DNA of 64,000 nt from Obrimoposthia wandeli (GCA_977020255.1 CDROCS010003739.1:62001-126000), one strand, 5' to 3'; positions 32,524 through 44,747 are shown, counted from the first letter of the stretch. Numbers and translations: made by a program. The notes: generated by a model from the letters alone, not told the origin.

Positions 32524-35085
32524 ATGTCCAAAGGTACAACCGATTTACCGGTCGATCCTTTCCGCGATCGCGAAGCATCAAATTACGAAAACCCCATTCC
32601 AAGCCGTGAACTTCTACTTGAAGTGATTCGTGGCTTTTCTACTCCTGTTAGCCGCGATCAGTTATTTACTGAGTTAAAGCTAGAAGGGGATGATCATTAC
32701 GAAGGTTTACGCCGTCGCTTACGTGCAATGGAACGTGATGGTCAACTTATTTTCACTCGTCGTCAGTGTTACGCCTTACCTGAGCGCCTCGATCTCATTA
32801 AAGGTCATGTTATTGGTCATCGTGATGGCTTTGGTTTCGTGCGCCCTGAAGGGGTTGGAAATAAAGAAGACCTCATGCTGCCTAGCCACCAAATGCGTGG
32901 TGTGATTCACGGTGATTACATTCTGGCGCAAGTGTCAGGTGTTGATAAACGCGGTCGTCGTGAAGGTCGTGTTGTTCGTATTTTGCAAGAAAGTACCAAG
33001 CAAATTGTGGGTCGTTTCTTTATTGAAGACAGCATGGGCTACGTGGTACCTGACGACTCTCGCATTTCACAAGATATCGTGATCCCGAACGACTTCCGCA
33101 TGGGTGCTCGTATGGGAAATGTTGTGGTGGTTGAAATTAATCAACGTGCCACTCGTCAGCATAACGCGGTAGGTAAAGTCGCCGAAGTATTGGGCGAAAA
33201 CCTGGCACCAGGCATGGAAATCGAAATTGCCCTGCGTACCCATGATATTCCTAACGAATGGCCATCTGAAGTCACTAAGCAAATTCAGGGGCTAGGCGAA
33301 GAAGTACCTGAAGAAGCGAAAGCAGGGCGTGTTGATTTACGTGATTTACCATTAGTGACTATTGATGGTGAAGATGCACGTGACTTTGATGATGCTGTTT
33401 TTTGTGAGCGTAAAAAGTCAGGTGGCTGGCGTTTATGGGTAGCCATTGCTGACGTAAGTCATTACGTTCGTCCAGCTTCAGCATTAGATAACGAAGCAAC
33501 CAAACGTGGTAACTCGGTTTATTTCCCTTCTGAAGTGATCCCGATGTTACCTGAAATCTTGTCGAACGGTTTATGTTCACTGAATCCACAAGTCGATCGT
33601 TTGTGTATGGTCTGTGAAATGACTATTTCTGATTCAGGTAACCTGTCAGGTTATAAGCATTACGAAGCGGTAATGAACTCTCATGCACGTCTTACTTACA
33701 CGAAAGTGAGTAAAATGTTAGATGGGGATGAAGAGTTACGTGAACGTTATGCGCCATTAGTTCCTCATTTAGAAGAACTCTTTGGCATGTATAAAGTGCT
33801 GAAGAAATCACGTGAAGAGCGTGGTGCGATTGAGTTTGAAACAATCGAAACGCAGTTTATTTTCAATGCAGATCGTAAGATTGACCGCATCGTGCCTGCA
33901 GAGCGTAACGAAGCACATAAAATCATCGAAGAATGTATGATTTTAGCCAACATTGCATCTGCACGTTTTGTTGAAAAAGCCAAAGAGCCAGCACTGTACC
34001 GTGCACACGATGTTCCTGGTGAAGAACGCTTACAGGGTTTCCGTGATTTCTTAGGTGAGTTGAGCTTGCATTTATCGGGTGGACTTGAACCTACACCGCG
34101 TGATTATGCAGAGCTGGCGACGTTAATTCATGATCGCCCTGATAAAGTATTGATCCAAACCATGCTGCTTCGTTCTATGAAGCAAGCCTTGTATCAAGCA
34201 GATAATATTGGTCATTTCGGTTTAGCACTGAAGCAATACGCGCACTTTACGTCGCCAATTCGTCGTTACCCTGATTTAACATTACACCGCGCAATTAAGT
34301 ATTTAATCGCGAAAAATGAAGGTAAGAACGAAGATCGTTGGACACTTTCTGGTGGTTATCATTACTCATTCGATGATATTGATAAAATCGGTGAACAATG
34401 TTCAATGACAGAGCGGCGTGCAGATGATGCAACACGTGATGTGGCTGATTGGCTGAAATGTGAGTACATGCAAGACCATATCGGCGATGAGTTCGAAGGT
34501 GTGATTGCGAATGTAACAGGCTTTGGCTTCTTTGTTCGTTTAAAAGAGTTGAACATTGATGGCTTAGTACACATCTCGAATCTAGCGAATGATTACTACC
34601 AATATGATGCCATTGGTCAGCGATTGATTGGCGACAGTTCTGGTCTGGTATACCGTTTAGGCGATACGGTTCAGGTTAAGGTTGCTGGCATCAACTTGAA
34701 TGATCGCCAGATTGATTTTGATATTGCTGGTAGTAACCGCAAACCACGTGGTGAAGGTAAAACGGCAAAGAAAAAACAACAGCGAATGCGTAAAGCAGAA
34801 GGCATGCGCTCGTTGGGTGGGAACCCTGCGAAGAAAGCGTTCATTGTTGAAGATGGTGAAGCAAAAACTGAGCATCGCTCGAAATCAAAGAGAGTACGCT
34901 CATCTGTGCGCCAAAAGCTGAAAGAAGGTGCTGTGCCACAAACGGAAGGGGATAAAGCCTCTGCAGTGGGTGATACGGCGTCAAAAAAAGCGAATGATCC
35001 TAAGCGTAAAGTGAAGAAATCAAGCAAGGCACGAAAGAAACAGCGTGCTGGTAAAAAAGAACGGTTAGAGAAGAAGGCCAATTAA
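32524..35085 (+). CDS. rnr: Ribonuclease R
   Basis: [41 protein letters not shown]1 domain and basic tail. Start moved from 32452. Confidence 0.97.
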   Translation: MSKGTTDLPVDPFRDREASNYENPIPSRELLLEVIRGFSTPVSRDQLFTELKLEGDDHYEGLRRRLRAMERDGQLIFTRRQCYALPERLDLIKGHVIGHRDGFGFVRPEGVGNKEDLMLPSHQMRGVIHGDYILAQVSGVDKRGRREGRVVRILQESTKQIVGRFFIEDSMGYVVPDDSRISQDIVIPNDFRMGARMGNVVVVEINQRATRQHNAVGKVAEVLGENLAPGMEIEIALRTHDIPNEWPSEVTKQIQGLGEEVPEEAKAGRVDLRDLPLVTIDGEDARDFDDAVFCERKKSGGWRLWVAIADVSHYVRPASALDNEATKRGNSVYFPSEVIPMLPEILSNGLCSLNPQVDRLCMVCEMTISDSGNLSGYKHYEAVMNSHARLTYTKVSKMLDGDEELRERYAPLVPHLEELFGMYKVLKKSREERGAIEFETIETQFIFNADRKIDRIVPAERNEAHKIIEECMILANIASARFVEKAKEPALYRAHDVPGEERLQGFRDFLGELSLHLSGGLEPTPRDYAELATLIHDRPDKVLIQTMLLRSMKQALYQADNIGHFGLALKQYAHFTSPIRRYPDLTLHRAIKYLIAKNEGKNEDRWTLSGGYHYSFDDIDKIGEQCSMTERRADDATRDVADWLKCEYMQDHIGDEFEGVIANVTGFGFFVRLKELNIDGLVHISNLANDYYQYDAIGQRLIGDSSGLVYRLGDTVQVKVAGINLNDRQIDFDIAGSNRKPRGEGKTAKKKQQRMRKAEGMRSLGGNPAKKAFIVEDGEAKTEHRSKSKRVRSSVRQKLKEGAVPQTEGDKASAVGDTASKKANDPKRKVKKSSKARKKQRAGKKERLEKKAN

Positions 35086-35822
35086 TGAGTAATGACATGA
35101 TTTTCGGTATTCATGCCGTAAAAGCTGTTTTAGCGACAGATCCGGTACGTTTAATCGAAGTATTTGTGCTTAAAGATCGTCAAGATGATCGCTTAATGCC
35201 TCTAGTTACTGAATTGAAAGACTTAGGTATTACTATTCAGCAAGCAGGTCGTAAAGCATTGGATGACAAAGCTAAAGGCGCATCTCATCAAGGTATTATT
35301 GCTCGTGTTAAGCCAGCAAAACAGCTTAATGAGCACGATTTAGATACCCTCTTAGAGGGTTCTGAAAATCCGCTATTATTGATTCTAGATGGTGTAACCG
35401 ATCCTCATAACCTCGGTGCTTGTATACGTAATGCAGATGCTGCTGGTGCCGTTGCGGTTATTATTCCTAAAGACCGTGCAGCGCAACTGACAGCAACCGC
35501 AAGCAAAGTGGCTTGTGGTGCTGCTGAAGTGATGCCTCTGGTACGTGTAACGAACTTGGCGCGTACAATGCGTGCACTACAAGATAAAGGCGTGTGGATT
35601 GTCGGTACTGCTGGTGAAGCAACGCATGATGTTTACGACAGTAAACTAACAGGGCCACTAGCCATTGTTATGGGTGCTGAAGGTGAAGGTATGCGCCGTC
35701 TGACTCGTGAAACATGTGATGACTTAATCAAGATCCCAATGGCAGGCTCTGTTTCAAGTCTTAATGTGTCTGTCGCGACAGGTATCTGTTTATTTGAAGC
35801 TGTACGTCAACGTCAGATTTAG
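35085..35822 (+). CDS. rlmB: 23S rRNA Gm2251 methyltransferase
   Basis: SPOUT motifs DPHNLGA, GAEGEG, SLNVSVA; follows rnr. Confidence 0.96.
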   Translation: MSNDMIFGIHAVKAVLATDPVRLIEVFVLKDRQDDRLMPLVTELKDLGITIQQAGRKALDDKAKGASHQGIIARVKPAKQLNEHDLDTLLEGSENPLLLILDGVTDPHNLGACIRNADAAGAVAVIIPKDRAAQLTATASKVACGAAEVMPLVRVTNLARTMRALQDKGVWIVGTAGEATHDVYDSKLTGPLAIVMGAEGEGMRRLTRETCDDLIKIPMAGSVSSLNVSVATGICLFEAVRQRQI

Positions 35823-35928
35823 CCTTTTATTTTAGCTAGATAGCGACATTATGAAGTGCATAAAAGGGCTGTGATTTTCACTGCCCTTTTTTATTTTTAT
35901 TTTCACTGAGATTTATGCCTAAAATTTC

Positions 35929-35957
35929 TTGCGTAAATTGGGTATTCTCTATACTAT
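35929..35957 (+). promoter_or_regulatory. Sigma70 promoter of the rpsF operon
   Basis: TTGCGT-N17-TACTAT. Confidence 0.55.
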
Positions 35958-35989
35958 TCGGTGTCCAAATTCTCGGTTCTTTTTTTAGT

Positions 35990-36045
35990 TCCTTGCTTCC
36001 TTTGGTTAACCGAGCCAAATCTGGAAGCTGATTAATCCGTAAGGA
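35990..36045 (+). promoter_or_regulatory. S6:S18-binding rpsF leader RNA
   Basis: tccttgc pairs with gtaagga and sequesters the RBS; gcttcc pairs with ggaagc; internal loop contains CCG, as in the known S6:S18 autoregulatory element. Confidence 0.7.
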
Positions 36046-36052
36046 GCAACCA

Positions 36053-36484
36053 ATGCGTCATTACGAAATAGTATTCATGGTGCACCCTGATCAAAGCGAA
36101 CAGGTTGCTGGCATGATCGAACGTTACACTAGTTCAATCAAAGATTCTGGTGGTCAAATTCACCGTCTAGAAGATTGGGGTCGCCGTCAAATGGCTTACC
36201 CAATCAACAAACTGCACAAAGCTCACTATGTTCTTATGAACATCGAAGCTGAACAGTCTGTAGTAGACGAGCTTGAATCGACTTTCCGTTTCAACGATGC
36301 TGTGATCCGTAACATGATCATGCGTGCGAAAAACGCTGTAACTGAGCCATCTCCAATGATGAAGGCTAAAGAAGAGCGTTTCACTAAGCGTGACGACCGC
36401 GAAGAGCGTTCAGATCGTTCAGAAGCGCCACGTGCAGAAGCTCCAGCGCAAGCTGAAGCTGAAGACGAAGCTGCAGCTGAGTAA
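36053..36484 (+). CDS. rpsF: 30S ribosomal protein S6
   Basis: [18 protein letters not shown]...[10 protein letters not shown]; acidic tail. Confidence 0.99.
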   Translation: MRHYEIVFMVHPDQSEQVAGMIERYTSSIKDSGGQIHRLEDWGRRQMAYPINKLHKAHYVLMNIEAEQSVVDELESTFRFNDAVIRNMIMRAKNAVTEPSPMMKAKEERFTKRDDREERSDRSEAPRAEAPAQAEAEDEAAAE

Positions 36485-36492
36485 TTTGTAAT

Positions 36493-36807
36493 ATGACCAA
36501 TCGTCTGGAGTTATCTGGCGTTATCGCCAAAGACCCCAAACGAAGCCAATCCCCGGCGGGTGTGCCTCATTGTCACTTTGTGCTTGAGCATCGCTCCTAC
36601 CAACGGGAAGCTGATTTACTTCGACAGGTGTATTGTTACATCAACGTAGTAAGCAGTGGTAAAGGTCTACAAGTTCTCACTAAAGATTTAGCCGTTGGTG
36701 TTCACACTAAGGTAGCGGGATTTATCTCATACCAAACTGGCCGTAATGGCATAGGTAAATTAGTGTTGCATGCCGACCACATTGAAATAATTTGTTCAGG
36801 AGATTAG
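36493..36807 (+). CDS. priB: Primosomal replication protein N
   Basis: MTNRLELSG...SPAGVPHC.F.LEHRS; rpsF-priB-rpsR-rplI operon. Confidence 0.95.
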   Translation: MTNRLELSGVIAKDPKRSQSPAGVPHCHFVLEHRSYQREADLLRQVYCYINVVSSGKGLQVLTKDLAVGVHTKVAGFISYQTGRNGIGKLVLHADHIEIICSGD

Positions 36808-36810
36808 CCC

Positions 36811-37038
36811 ATGGCACGTTTCTTCCGTCGTCGTAAATTCTGTCGTTTCACTGCAGAAGACGTACAAGAGATCGACTACAAAGACGTAGTTACTCTAAAA
36901 AACTACATTACTGAAGCTGGTAAAATTGTACCGAGCCGTATCACTGGTACTCGTGCTAAATACCAACGTCAGCTAGCTCGCGCTATCAAGCGTTCTCGTT
37001 ACCTAGCACTTCTACCGTACACAGATAAGCATCTGTAA
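36811..37038 (+). CDS. rpsR: 30S ribosomal protein S18
   Basis: [16 protein letters not shown]...IDYKD...SRITG. Confidence 0.99.
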   Translation: MARFFRRRKFCRFTAEDVQEIDYKDVVTLKNYITEAGKIVPSRITGTRAKYQRQLARAIKRSRYLALLPYTDKHL

Positions 37039-37075
37039 GCGTAGTAGTTTTTAGACTTATAAAGAGGACAAGATA

Positions 37076-37528
37076 ATGCAAGTTATTCTACTTGATAAAA
37101 TCGGTAACCTAGGTAGCCTAGGCGATCAAGTAAACGTTAAGTCTGGTTATGCTCGTAACTTCCTTATCCCACAGGGTAAAGTTGTTATGGCTACTAAAGC
37201 TAACGTTGAAATGTTCGAAACTCGCCGTGCAGAACTAGAAGCTAAAGTTGCTGAGCAACTAGCTGCTTCTGAAGCTCGTGCAGAAAAATTAGTTGCTCTA
37301 GAAGCGGTTGTTATCGCATCTAAAGCAGGTGACGAAGGTAAACTATTCGGTTCTATCGGTACTCGCGATATCGCTGACGCTATTACAGCGGCTGGCGAAG
37401 CAGTAGTGAAGAGCGAAGTTCGTCTACCTGAAGGCGCACTACGTAACACTGGTGAATACGAAGTTAGCATTCAGCTAAACTCTGACGTAATCGCTAAAGT
37501 TAACCTAACAATTGTTGCTGCAGAGTAA
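37076..37528 (+). CDS. rplI: 50S ribosomal protein L9
   Basis: [39 protein letters not shown]. Confidence 0.99.
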   Translation: MQVILLDKIGNLGSLGDQVNVKSGYARNFLIPQGKVVMATKANVEMFETRRAELEAKVAEQLAASEARAEKLVALEAVVIASKAGDEGKLFGSIGTRDIADAITAAGEAVVKSEVRLPEGALRNTGEYEVSIQLNSDVIAKVNLTIVAAE

Positions 37529-37546
37529 TAGTTTTTAGTGTTAATA

Positions 37547-37576
37547 AAAAAAACCAGCCTTTGGGCTGGTTTTTTT
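37547..37576. terminator. Bidirectional terminator between rplI and the DUF481 gene
   Basis: aaaaaaaccagcc-tttg-ggctggttttttt. Confidence 0.85.
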
Positions 37577-37645
37577 GTATCTGTAATATGCCATTCATAA
37601 CCGGATTTCGTGGTTTCGACAGTGTTTCTCCCTGAAACCGACGCG

Positions 37646-38398
37646 CTAAATCTTAAACAGTAAATTGACCGTCATGGTTGAATCTTTCTTTTTCAAACCA
37701 TCGGGTACCCAACTATTATATTTTTGTGAACTGCTAATCTTTATCGCAATGTGTTCGGTAACAGAGCTGGTCAGGTTTAATTCACTTTCTAACGTACTGT
37801 TACTGTTACCCGCTATACCTGTTAGTCGTAGATTCAATTCGACATTTTTTAAGGGCTTCCACGTTACTTTGGTACTTGCCCTGATAATCAGCTCGTCGAC
37901 CGTTTCTGGTAATACGATGTCATCATCGCTAATTTCATCAATATTGGGTTCTTGGTGTCGATAGCCTGGTCCCGCTTCCACTTCCATCAATACTGTTTCG
38001 CGGCGTAAGAGCTGATAACCCATACCTGTTGCTAATGTGAAATCAATAAAGTACGGCCCATAGCGATCGTCAACATAATTAGCATTACCCAATAGATAGG
38101 CACGCTCATTAATTTTCATATCAGACTGTAATTCTAATGAACCTTTACGCTTGTCTTCTTCGCCATCTTTATTGACTAATAAGTACTTTGCTTCACCTGA
38201 GTGACGGAATTGGTTTTTTACATATGTAAGCCCCAGCCGTGTGTTCAATGACTGTGAGTCTGAATTGCCCGACAATGATTGATAGCCGAGCTCTATCTCC
38301 GTTGATAACGGCGAAGGGGGGAGGTTAGGCGTATCGTTATCATCAGCATAAGCGTGAGAGTTGGCAAGCAGTAGTAAAGCGAGTAAGTATCTTGCCAA
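37646..38398 (-). CDS. DUF481/YdiY-family outer-membrane beta-barrel protein
   Basis: Signal peptide, ELGYQSLSGNSDS, G.GY...E.GPGYR, amphipathic strands. Confidence 0.8.
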   Translation of the reverse strand: MARYLLALLLLANSHAYADDNDTPNLPPSPLSTEIELGYQSLSGNSDSQSLNTRLGLTYVKNQFRHSGEAKYLLVNKDGEEDKRKGSLELQSDMKINERAYLLGNANYVDDRYGPYFIDFTLATGMGYQLLRRETVLMEVEAGPGYRHQEPNIDEISDDDIVLPETVDELIIRASTKVTWKPLKNVELNLRLTGIAGNSNSTLESELNLTSSVTEHIAIKISSSQKYNSWVPDGLKKKDSTMTVNLLFKI

Positions 38399-38644
38399 AT
38401 GTCCTCCGTTGCTCGAGTGTTATTTAAGTAGCGTATAGGCATAATGCTGCGGGCAGTTTACCTTAAAATTGTCAGCTTTTGGTCAAGAATAGCAAAGGGA
38501 TACATCTTGCTCGCAGAAAAAACGTCATAATCATCTTAATTCAACAAAAAGGCATCTTTCTATTTATCGTGTACGAGATATGCGTAGAGATGACCTGAAT
38601 AAGGTATACTAACAGGCTTCGTTTCAGGTAACCGCGCGATCATT

Positions 38645-40042
38645 ATGGCTGATAATAGTAAACCAAAAAAATACAAAGATACCCAGATGGATGCAATCAA
38701 AATGCCTCCACATTCATTAGAAGCCGAGCAGTCTGTGCTGGGCGGTTTAATGCTGGATAATGAAAAGTGGGATCGCGTTGCGGAGAAGGTTGTCTCAAAA
38801 GACTTTTACAGTCGTCCCCATCGTATTATTTTTGAAGCTACAGCGGCGTTACTTGAGGGTGGGCAGCCCCTCGATCTGATTACGTTGTCTGAACATTTAG
38901 AGCGTGCAGATAAATTAGAAGATGTGGGTGGTTTTGCTTACCTTGCAGAATTGGCTAAAAATACGCCGTCAGCTGCAAACATAGGCGCATACGCAGAGAT
39001 TGTCCGTGAGCGAGCATTAATTCGAGACATGATTGCTGTGGCGAATGATATTGCTGATGCTGGGTATGATCCGCAAGGGCGTACCAGTGAAGACTTGCTC
39101 GACATGGCAGAAAGTAAAGTTTTTGCGATTGCAGAGCAGCGCACTAATGACAATGAAGGTCCACAGAGTGTTGATACCATTCTGGAAAAAACCTTAGAGC
39201 GAATTGAGCTGCTATACCAATCACCACAAGATGGTGTGACAGGTGTCTCGACCGGTTTTAGTGATCTAAATAAGAAAACCGCGGGCCTACAGGGCTCTGA
39301 TTTAATCATAGTTGCGGCACGTCCATCTATGGGTAAAACCACGTTTGCGATGAACTTGTGTGAAAACGCTGCGATGGACCAAGAAAAGCCAGTGCTTATC
39401 TTTTCATTGGAAATGCCCTCAGAACAAATCATGATGCGTATGTTGGCGTCATTATCTCGTGTTGATCAAACGAAAATTCGTACCGGTCAACTTGATGATG
39501 AAGATTGGGCGCGTATCTCATCAACAATGGGTATTCTGATGGAAAAGAAGAATATGTTCATTGATGATAGCTCGGGTTTGACACCGACAGAGTTGCGTTC
39601 ACGTGCGCGTCGTATTGCCCGTGACCACGGTGGGTTAAGCATGATCATGATTGATTACCTTCAGCTAATGCGGGTACCTGGCATGCAAGATAATCGTACT
39701 TTAGAAATATCTGAAATTTCACGCTCTCTTAAGGCATTAGCGAAGGAATTGAATGTTCCTGTTGTTGCCCTTTCGCAGCTTAACCGATCATTGGAGCAGC
39801 GTGCTGATAAACGTCCTATTAACTCCGACTTGCGTGAATCTGGAGCGATCGAGCAGGATGCCGATTTGATTATGTTTATTTATCGTGACGAAGTGTATAA
39901 CGAAGAAAGTGCATTAAAAGGCATTGCAGAAATTATCATCGGTAAGCAGCGTAATGGTCCCATTGGCTCTGTTCGCTTAACGTTCCAAGGTCAATACTCT
40001 CGCTTTGATAATTATGCGGGACCTGCATTCGATGAAGAATGA
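38645..40042 (+). CDS. dnaB: Replicative DNA helicase
   Basis: PPHSLEAEQSVLGGL, AARPSMGKT, IDYLQLM, SDLRESGAIEQDAD. Confidence 0.98.
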   Translation: MADNSKPKKYKDTQMDAIKMPPHSLEAEQSVLGGLMLDNEKWDRVAEKVVSKDFYSRPHRIIFEATAALLEGGQPLDLITLSEHLERADKLEDVGGFAYLAELAKNTPSAANIGAYAEIVRERALIRDMIAVANDIADAGYDPQGRTSEDLLDMAESKVFAIAEQRTNDNEGPQSVDTILEKTLERIELLYQSPQDGVTGVSTGFSDLNKKTAGLQGSDLIIVAARPSMGKTTFAMNLCENAAMDQEKPVLIFSLEMPSEQIMMRMLASLSRVDQTKIRTGQLDDEDWARISSTMGILMEKKNMFIDDSSGLTPTELRSRARRIARDHGGLSMIMIDYLQLMRVPGMQDNRTLEISEISRSLKALAKELNVPVVALSQLNRSLEQRADKRPINSDLRESGAIEQDADLIMFIYRDEVYNEESALKGIAEIIIGKQRNGPIGSVRLTFQGQYSRFDNYAGPAFDEE

Positions 40043-40069
40043 TCTTAGAACAAGAATTAGGAATTAACG

Positions 40070-41149
40070 ATGAAAGCGGCGACAGCTTATATCAATACCG
40101 ACGCGCTAACACATAATATTCGACAACTGCATTTACAGGCACCGAATAGTAAATTATTAGCCGTAGTGAAAGCGAATGGATACGGACATGGCTTACTACA
40201 TGTAGCAAAAAGTTTACCCGATGCCGACGCATTTGGTGTTGCTCGTATTGAGGAAGCGTTAACATTACGTGCAGGGGGGGTAGTTAAACCTATCTTATTA
40301 TTAGAAGGTTTTTATGGCGCATCTGATTTACCTATTATCGTTACGAATAATATTCATACTGTCGTCCATTCAATCGAGCAACTAGAAGCGTTAGAATCGG
40401 CTGAATTAGACAATCAAGCGGTTGTTTGGTTGAAGATTGATACGGGAATGCATCGCTTAGGTGTGCGTCCTGAGCAGCTCGATGATTTTGTACAACGCTT
40501 ACATGCCTGCGATAATGTCGCCAAACCATTGCGCTATATGAGTCACTTTGGTTGTGCTGATGATTTAGCGAGTAATGTCACTAACCAACAAATTAATACC
40601 TTCCTATCGTTAACGGAAGGCTGCAGCGGTGAGCGTTCTTTGGCTGCTTCGGCGGGGATATTGGCTTGGCCTGATAGCCAGCTTGAATGGATTCGCCCTG
40701 GCATTATTATGTATGGTGTCTCTCCATTTATTGAACCAGACCGTTCAGCTGAAGCATTTAACCTGCAACCTGTCATGACACTAACCTCTAGCTTAATTGC
40801 TGTTCGTGATGTGAAAGAAGGTGAGCAAGTCGGTTATGGCGGCATATGGACTAGTACGCGCGATACAAAAGTCGGCGTAATTGCGATTGGTTACGGTGAT
40901 GGCTACCCACGCACAGCACCAAATGGCACCCCAGTTTTAGTTAACGGTCGTATTGTACCCATGGCTGGGCGTGTATCTATGGATATGCTGACTGTCGATC
41001 TTGGACCCAATGCGCAAGATAAAGTCGGTGATGAAGCAATTTTGTGGGGTAATGGTTTACCTGCAGAGGTTGTCGCTGAGCATATTGGCACGATCGCGTA
41101 CGAGCTTGTGACCAAGCTGACATCACGTGTTGATATGGCCTATTTATAA
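40070..41149 (+). CDS. alr: Alanine racemase
   Basis: [14 protein letters not shown] lysine, [22 protein letters not shown]. Confidence 0.97.
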   Translation: MKAATAYINTDALTHNIRQLHLQAPNSKLLAVVKANGYGHGLLHVAKSLPDADAFGVARIEEALTLRAGGVVKPILLLEGFYGASDLPIIVTNNIHTVVHSIEQLEALESAELDNQAVVWLKIDTGMHRLGVRPEQLDDFVQRLHACDNVAKPLRYMSHFGCADDLASNVTNQQINTFLSLTEGCSGERSLAASAGILAWPDSQLEWIRPGIIMYGVSPFIEPDRSAEAFNLQPVMTLTSSLIAVRDVKEGEQVGYGGIWTSTRDTKVGVIAIGYGDGYPRTAPNGTPVLVNGRIVPMAGRVSMDMLTVDLGPNAQDKVGDEAILWGNGLPAEVVAEHIGTIAYELVTKLTSRVDMAYL

Positions 41150-41173
41150 TTGCAAAGTGAAGAAAAAATTAAT

Positions 41174-42424
41174 TTGAATTTCTATGAAAATATTAAAGCC
41201 GTAGCCCTTGCTGCGGCTTTATTGCATTCAGCATTCGCTCTATCTGATGATTATCATAAAGACTATACCCCAGATTTTGCTGCTGTTCCGTTCGCTTTTT
41301 CGAGTGACTCTTTAGGGTTTGCGGTTGGTGCGGCAGGCTTGATTAAAAGTGCCGGTCAGCCTCAGGCATCGTTGCTTGGTGTGGGTGTTATTACCGATAA
41401 AAATTCGTGGATAACCTTTCTTGCTGCGAACAATTATGTGTTATCACAAGATAGTCGATGGTTATTTGGTGCTGAACTGTACGCTGCTGATTTTAATCAG
41501 GCTGATTATTATGTGGGTGACGGTACATTGAATGATTCTTCTCAAGACGATGCCATTATTGCTGATGGAAAAGAAGCACAGTACCGTTTGACGGCACGCT
41601 ATATTTTACCGTTTGGGGCTGGGGAGTCTGAGGGTTTTATGGCGGCGATTAAGCCAGTGCGTACCATAACCGGCAGTAGCCCATGGACGAGTGGGGTATC
41701 GTCATTAGAGTTGCGTCCATTTTATCAAAGTCGTGAGTTTACCGATTCTACTACTAGTGATATAGGCTTTGAAGAGCCGACCAGTGTATGGGGGCTTGAG
41801 ACTCGCTTTGATTGGGATAACCGAAATAATACTCGTAACCCCACTGAAGGTAGCCGTAGCCAGTTTTCTGTAACCTATTCCCCTGGTGATTCTGACAGCC
41901 CTGAATGGTGGAAATGGGAGCTGAGTCAAAGCTGGTTTTGGGATTTAGGGGCATTTAAGGATCTTATTGATCAACAAGTCTTTGCCTTTAATGTTTATAC
42001 AGGGGATAGCCCTAGTTGGAATAATACCCAAAATATCAACGGTAAAGACGAATTAAACCGTCCGCCAGAATACGCAGGTACTCGTCTAGGTGGCTTATAT
42101 CGTTTGCGTAGCTTCCAAGGTGGTCGTTATGTTGATCGTTCAGCACTGAGTTACAGCATGGAATATCGAGTACTACCAGACTGGCAACCGTTAGGTGAAT
42201 GGCCGGTTTTTGATTGGTATGACGTACCATGGTGGCAGTGGGTTGCTTTTGCTGATATTGGTCGTGTCGCGGATGAATATAATTTAATTGAGCTACATAA
42301 AGATATGAAATGGAGCGCTGGTGGTGCAATTCGTTTTCAAGTTGAAGGTGTGGTTGTGCGTTCTGAAATCGCGTGGGGTAGTGAAGATAATATGTTTCGC
42401 GTAATGATTAACCAGCCGTTTTAA
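41174..42424 (+). CDS. Omp85 (BamA/TamA) superfamily barrel-only outer-membrane protein
   Basis: Signal peptide; DNRNNTRNPTEG, GGLYRLRSF (loop-6 VRGF-like), FADIG, GGAIRF, terminal QPF; no room for POTRA domains. TTG start is uncertain (41150 or 41174). Confidence 0.75.
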   Translation: MNFYENIKAVALAAALLHSAFALSDDYHKDYTPDFAAVPFAFSSDSLGFAVGAAGLIKSAGQPQASLLGVGVITDKNSWITFLAANNYVLSQDSRWLFGAELYAADFNQADYYVGDGTLNDSSQDDAIIADGKEAQYRLTARYILPFGAGESEGFMAAIKPVRTITGSSPWTSGVSSLELRPFYQSREFTDSTTSDIGFEEPTSVWGLETRFDWDNRNNTRNPTEGSRSQFSVTYSPGDSDSPEWWKWELSQSWFWDLGAFKDLIDQQVFAFNVYTGDSPSWNNTQNINGKDELNRPPEYAGTRLGGLYRLRSFQGGRYVDRSALSYSMEYRVLPDWQPLGEWPVFDWYDVPWWQWVAFADIGRVADEYNLIELHKDMKWSAGGAIRFQVEGVVVRSEIAWGSEDNMFRVMINQPF

Positions 42425-43037
42425 TGGTTCAATCCCATGATATAAGTATCGAGGTTTCCATGACTCGGTACTTATTGCCTTTCGTTTTCATTATCACTGT
42501 GTCCTCCTCAATACATGCTATGCCCCTAATGTTAATTACCTTGCAGAAATTGACACTATAATATTCTTACCAAGAACAGATGTCGGCATATTACCTTTAT
42601 CGATATGCAGGTAAGGCTCGTAGAAGTCTATTGAATAAAAATATGTACTAAACCAACAGAAAGTTGGTGTATCTCTGTGATTTGTTGTTCAATTTCATCG
42701 GTTATAATATAGGGTCTGGGGTTGCGCTTTCAGTTGGCATTGCCTTTTGAAACCACATTAATTCTTGCGTCTTGGTTGAAGCTCTGTTGCAATCAGAGAT
42801 GTTACTGGAACAAGAAATAATAATAGCGTCTATTATTTACTCTTGGTTTTCGTGACCTGACTCAATGAAGGTAGATATGTCTTCACGTCATAATCTGTCA
42901 TAAGTTGTAAAATTACAAAAAAGTCTGATAAACAGACTGTATGCGCCACAACAACATTCGAATATCGGGGATCCATTGAGTGATTTGATTCGACATGCTC
43001 GATGGATTGTACAACTAAAAATATCAGGAACTTCACC

Positions 43038-44690
43038 ATGTTGAAAAACATCAACCCAACGCATACTCAAGCTTGGAAAGATCTGACTGCACACTATGAA
43101 GATGCGCAAGATCTACAATTAAGTGACTTGTTTGCTAACGACAGCGAGCGTTTTGCTAAATTTTCTGCAACATTCGGCTCAGATATTCTGCTTGATTACT
43201 CTAAAAACCTGATCACTGAAGAAACGCTGACAAAGCTATTTGCATTAGCTGAGCAAACTGAGCTAAAAGCGGCTATTGCTGAAATGTTCAGTGGTGAAAA
43301 GATTAATAAGACTGAAGATCGTGCTGTTCTTCACTCTGCGTTACGTAATCGTAGCAATACACCAGTCGTTGTTGATGGTGAAGACGTTATGCCTAAAGTT
43401 AACGCTGTACTAGAGAAGATGAAAGCCTTCACTGCACGTATCGTTGACGGTGATTGGAAAGGTTATACAGGTCAAGAAATTACCGATGTTGTTAATATCG
43501 GTATTGGTGGTTCAGACCTTGGTCCTTACATGGTTTCTGAGGCACTAGTACCTTATAAAACGCGTTTGAGCATGCACTTTGTATCAAACGTCGACGGTAC
43601 GCATATCGCAGAAACGTTGAAAGATTTGAATCCAGAAACAACGTTATTCTTGATTGCCTCTAAAACGTTCACAACACAAGAAACGATGACGAATGCACAC
43701 TCTGCACGTGATTGGTTCTTAGCTACAGCTCAAGATCCAGCGCATGTTGCTAAGCACTTTGCTGCGCTTTCAACCAATGCAGGTTCAGTATCTGAGTTTG
43801 GTATCGATACTGACAATATGTTTGAATTCTGGGATTGGGTAGGTGGTCGTTACTCACTATGCTCTGCTATCGGTCTATCTATTTGCCTATCGATTGGTTT
43901 CGACAACTTTGTTGAGCTATTAGATGGTGCTCACGAAATGGATCAGCATTTTGCACAAGCACCGTTAGAAGAAAACCTACCGGTTATTCTGGCGCTAATC
44001 GGCATTTGGTACAATAATTTCCACGGTGCTGAATCTGAAGCGATTCTGCCATACGATCAATATTTACACCGTTTTGCTGCTTACTTCCAGCAAGGTAATA
44101 TGGAATCAAATGGTAAGTGTGTAGATCGTGGTGGCAATCCTGTTGATTACCAAACGGGTCCAATTATTTGGGGTGAACCAGGTACTAATGGTCAGCATGC
44201 TTTCTATCAGTTGATTCACCAAGGGACTAAACTAATTCCATGTGATTTCATTGCACCATCGATTAGCCATAACCCATTAACGGATCACCATCCGAAACTA
44301 ATGGCTAACTTTTTTGCGCAAACTGAAGCATTAGCATTTGGTAAAACGAAAGAGCAAGTTGAAGCCGAATTTGTTGCTGCAGGTAAGACCTTAGATGAAG
44401 TGAAAGATCTGGTACCGTTTAAAGTATTTGATGGTAACCGTCCAACTAACTCTATCTTGATTAAGCAAGTAACGCCGAAAGTATTGGGTTCTTTGATGGC
44501 TCTGTATGAGCAAAAGATTTTCACGCAAGGTGTTATCTGGAATATCTTTAGCTTTGATCAGTGGGGTGTTGAGTTAGGTAAGCAGCTAGCTAACCAAATT
44601 CTTCCAGAGCTAAATGATGCAAACAGTATTACTGGCCATGATAGCTCAACGAATGGTCTTATTAACGCCTTTAAACAATGGCGTAAATAA
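43038..44690 (+). CDS. pgi: Glucose-6-phosphate isomerase
   Basis: [49 protein letters not shown]; ATG 43038 with AGGA RBS. Confidence 0.98.
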   Translation: MLKNINPTHTQAWKDLTAHYEDAQDLQLSDLFANDSERFAKFSATFGSDILLDYSKNLITEETLTKLFALAEQTELKAAIAEMFSGEKINKTEDRAVLHSALRNRSNTPVVVDGEDVMPKVNAVLEKMKAFTARIVDGDWKGYTGQEITDVVNIGIGGSDLGPYMVSEALVPYKTRLSMHFVSNVDGTHIAETLKDLNPETTLFLIASKTFTTQETMTNAHSARDWFLATAQDPAHVAKHFAALSTNAGSVSEFGIDTDNMFEFWDWVGGRYSLCSAIGLSICLSIGFDNFVELLDGAHEMDQHFAQAPLEENLPVILALIGIWYNNFHGAESEAILPYDQYLHRFAAYFQQGNMESNGKCVDRGGNPVDYQTGPIIWGEPGTNGQHAFYQLIHQGTKLIPCDFIAPSISHNPLTDHHPKLMANFFAQTEALAFGKTKEQVEAEFVAAGKTLDEVKDLVPFKVFDGNRPTNSILIKQVTPKVLGSLMALYEQKIFTQGVIWNIFSFDQWGVELGKQLANQILPELNDANSITGHDSSTNGLINAFKQWRK

Positions 44691-44722
44691 GTTCACGTTG
44701 TGAAATAGTGATTAGAAATAAG

Positions 44723-44747
44723 AACACCGCATTCGCGGTGTTTTTTT
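44723..44747 (+). terminator. Terminator after pgi
   Basis: aacaccgc-attc-gcggtgtt plus T run. Confidence 0.85.

Noticed and set aside
42550-42562. TTGACA-C-TATAAT as a promoter
   Set aside because: The two hexamers are 1 bp apart, and neither has a properly spaced partner on the plus strand.
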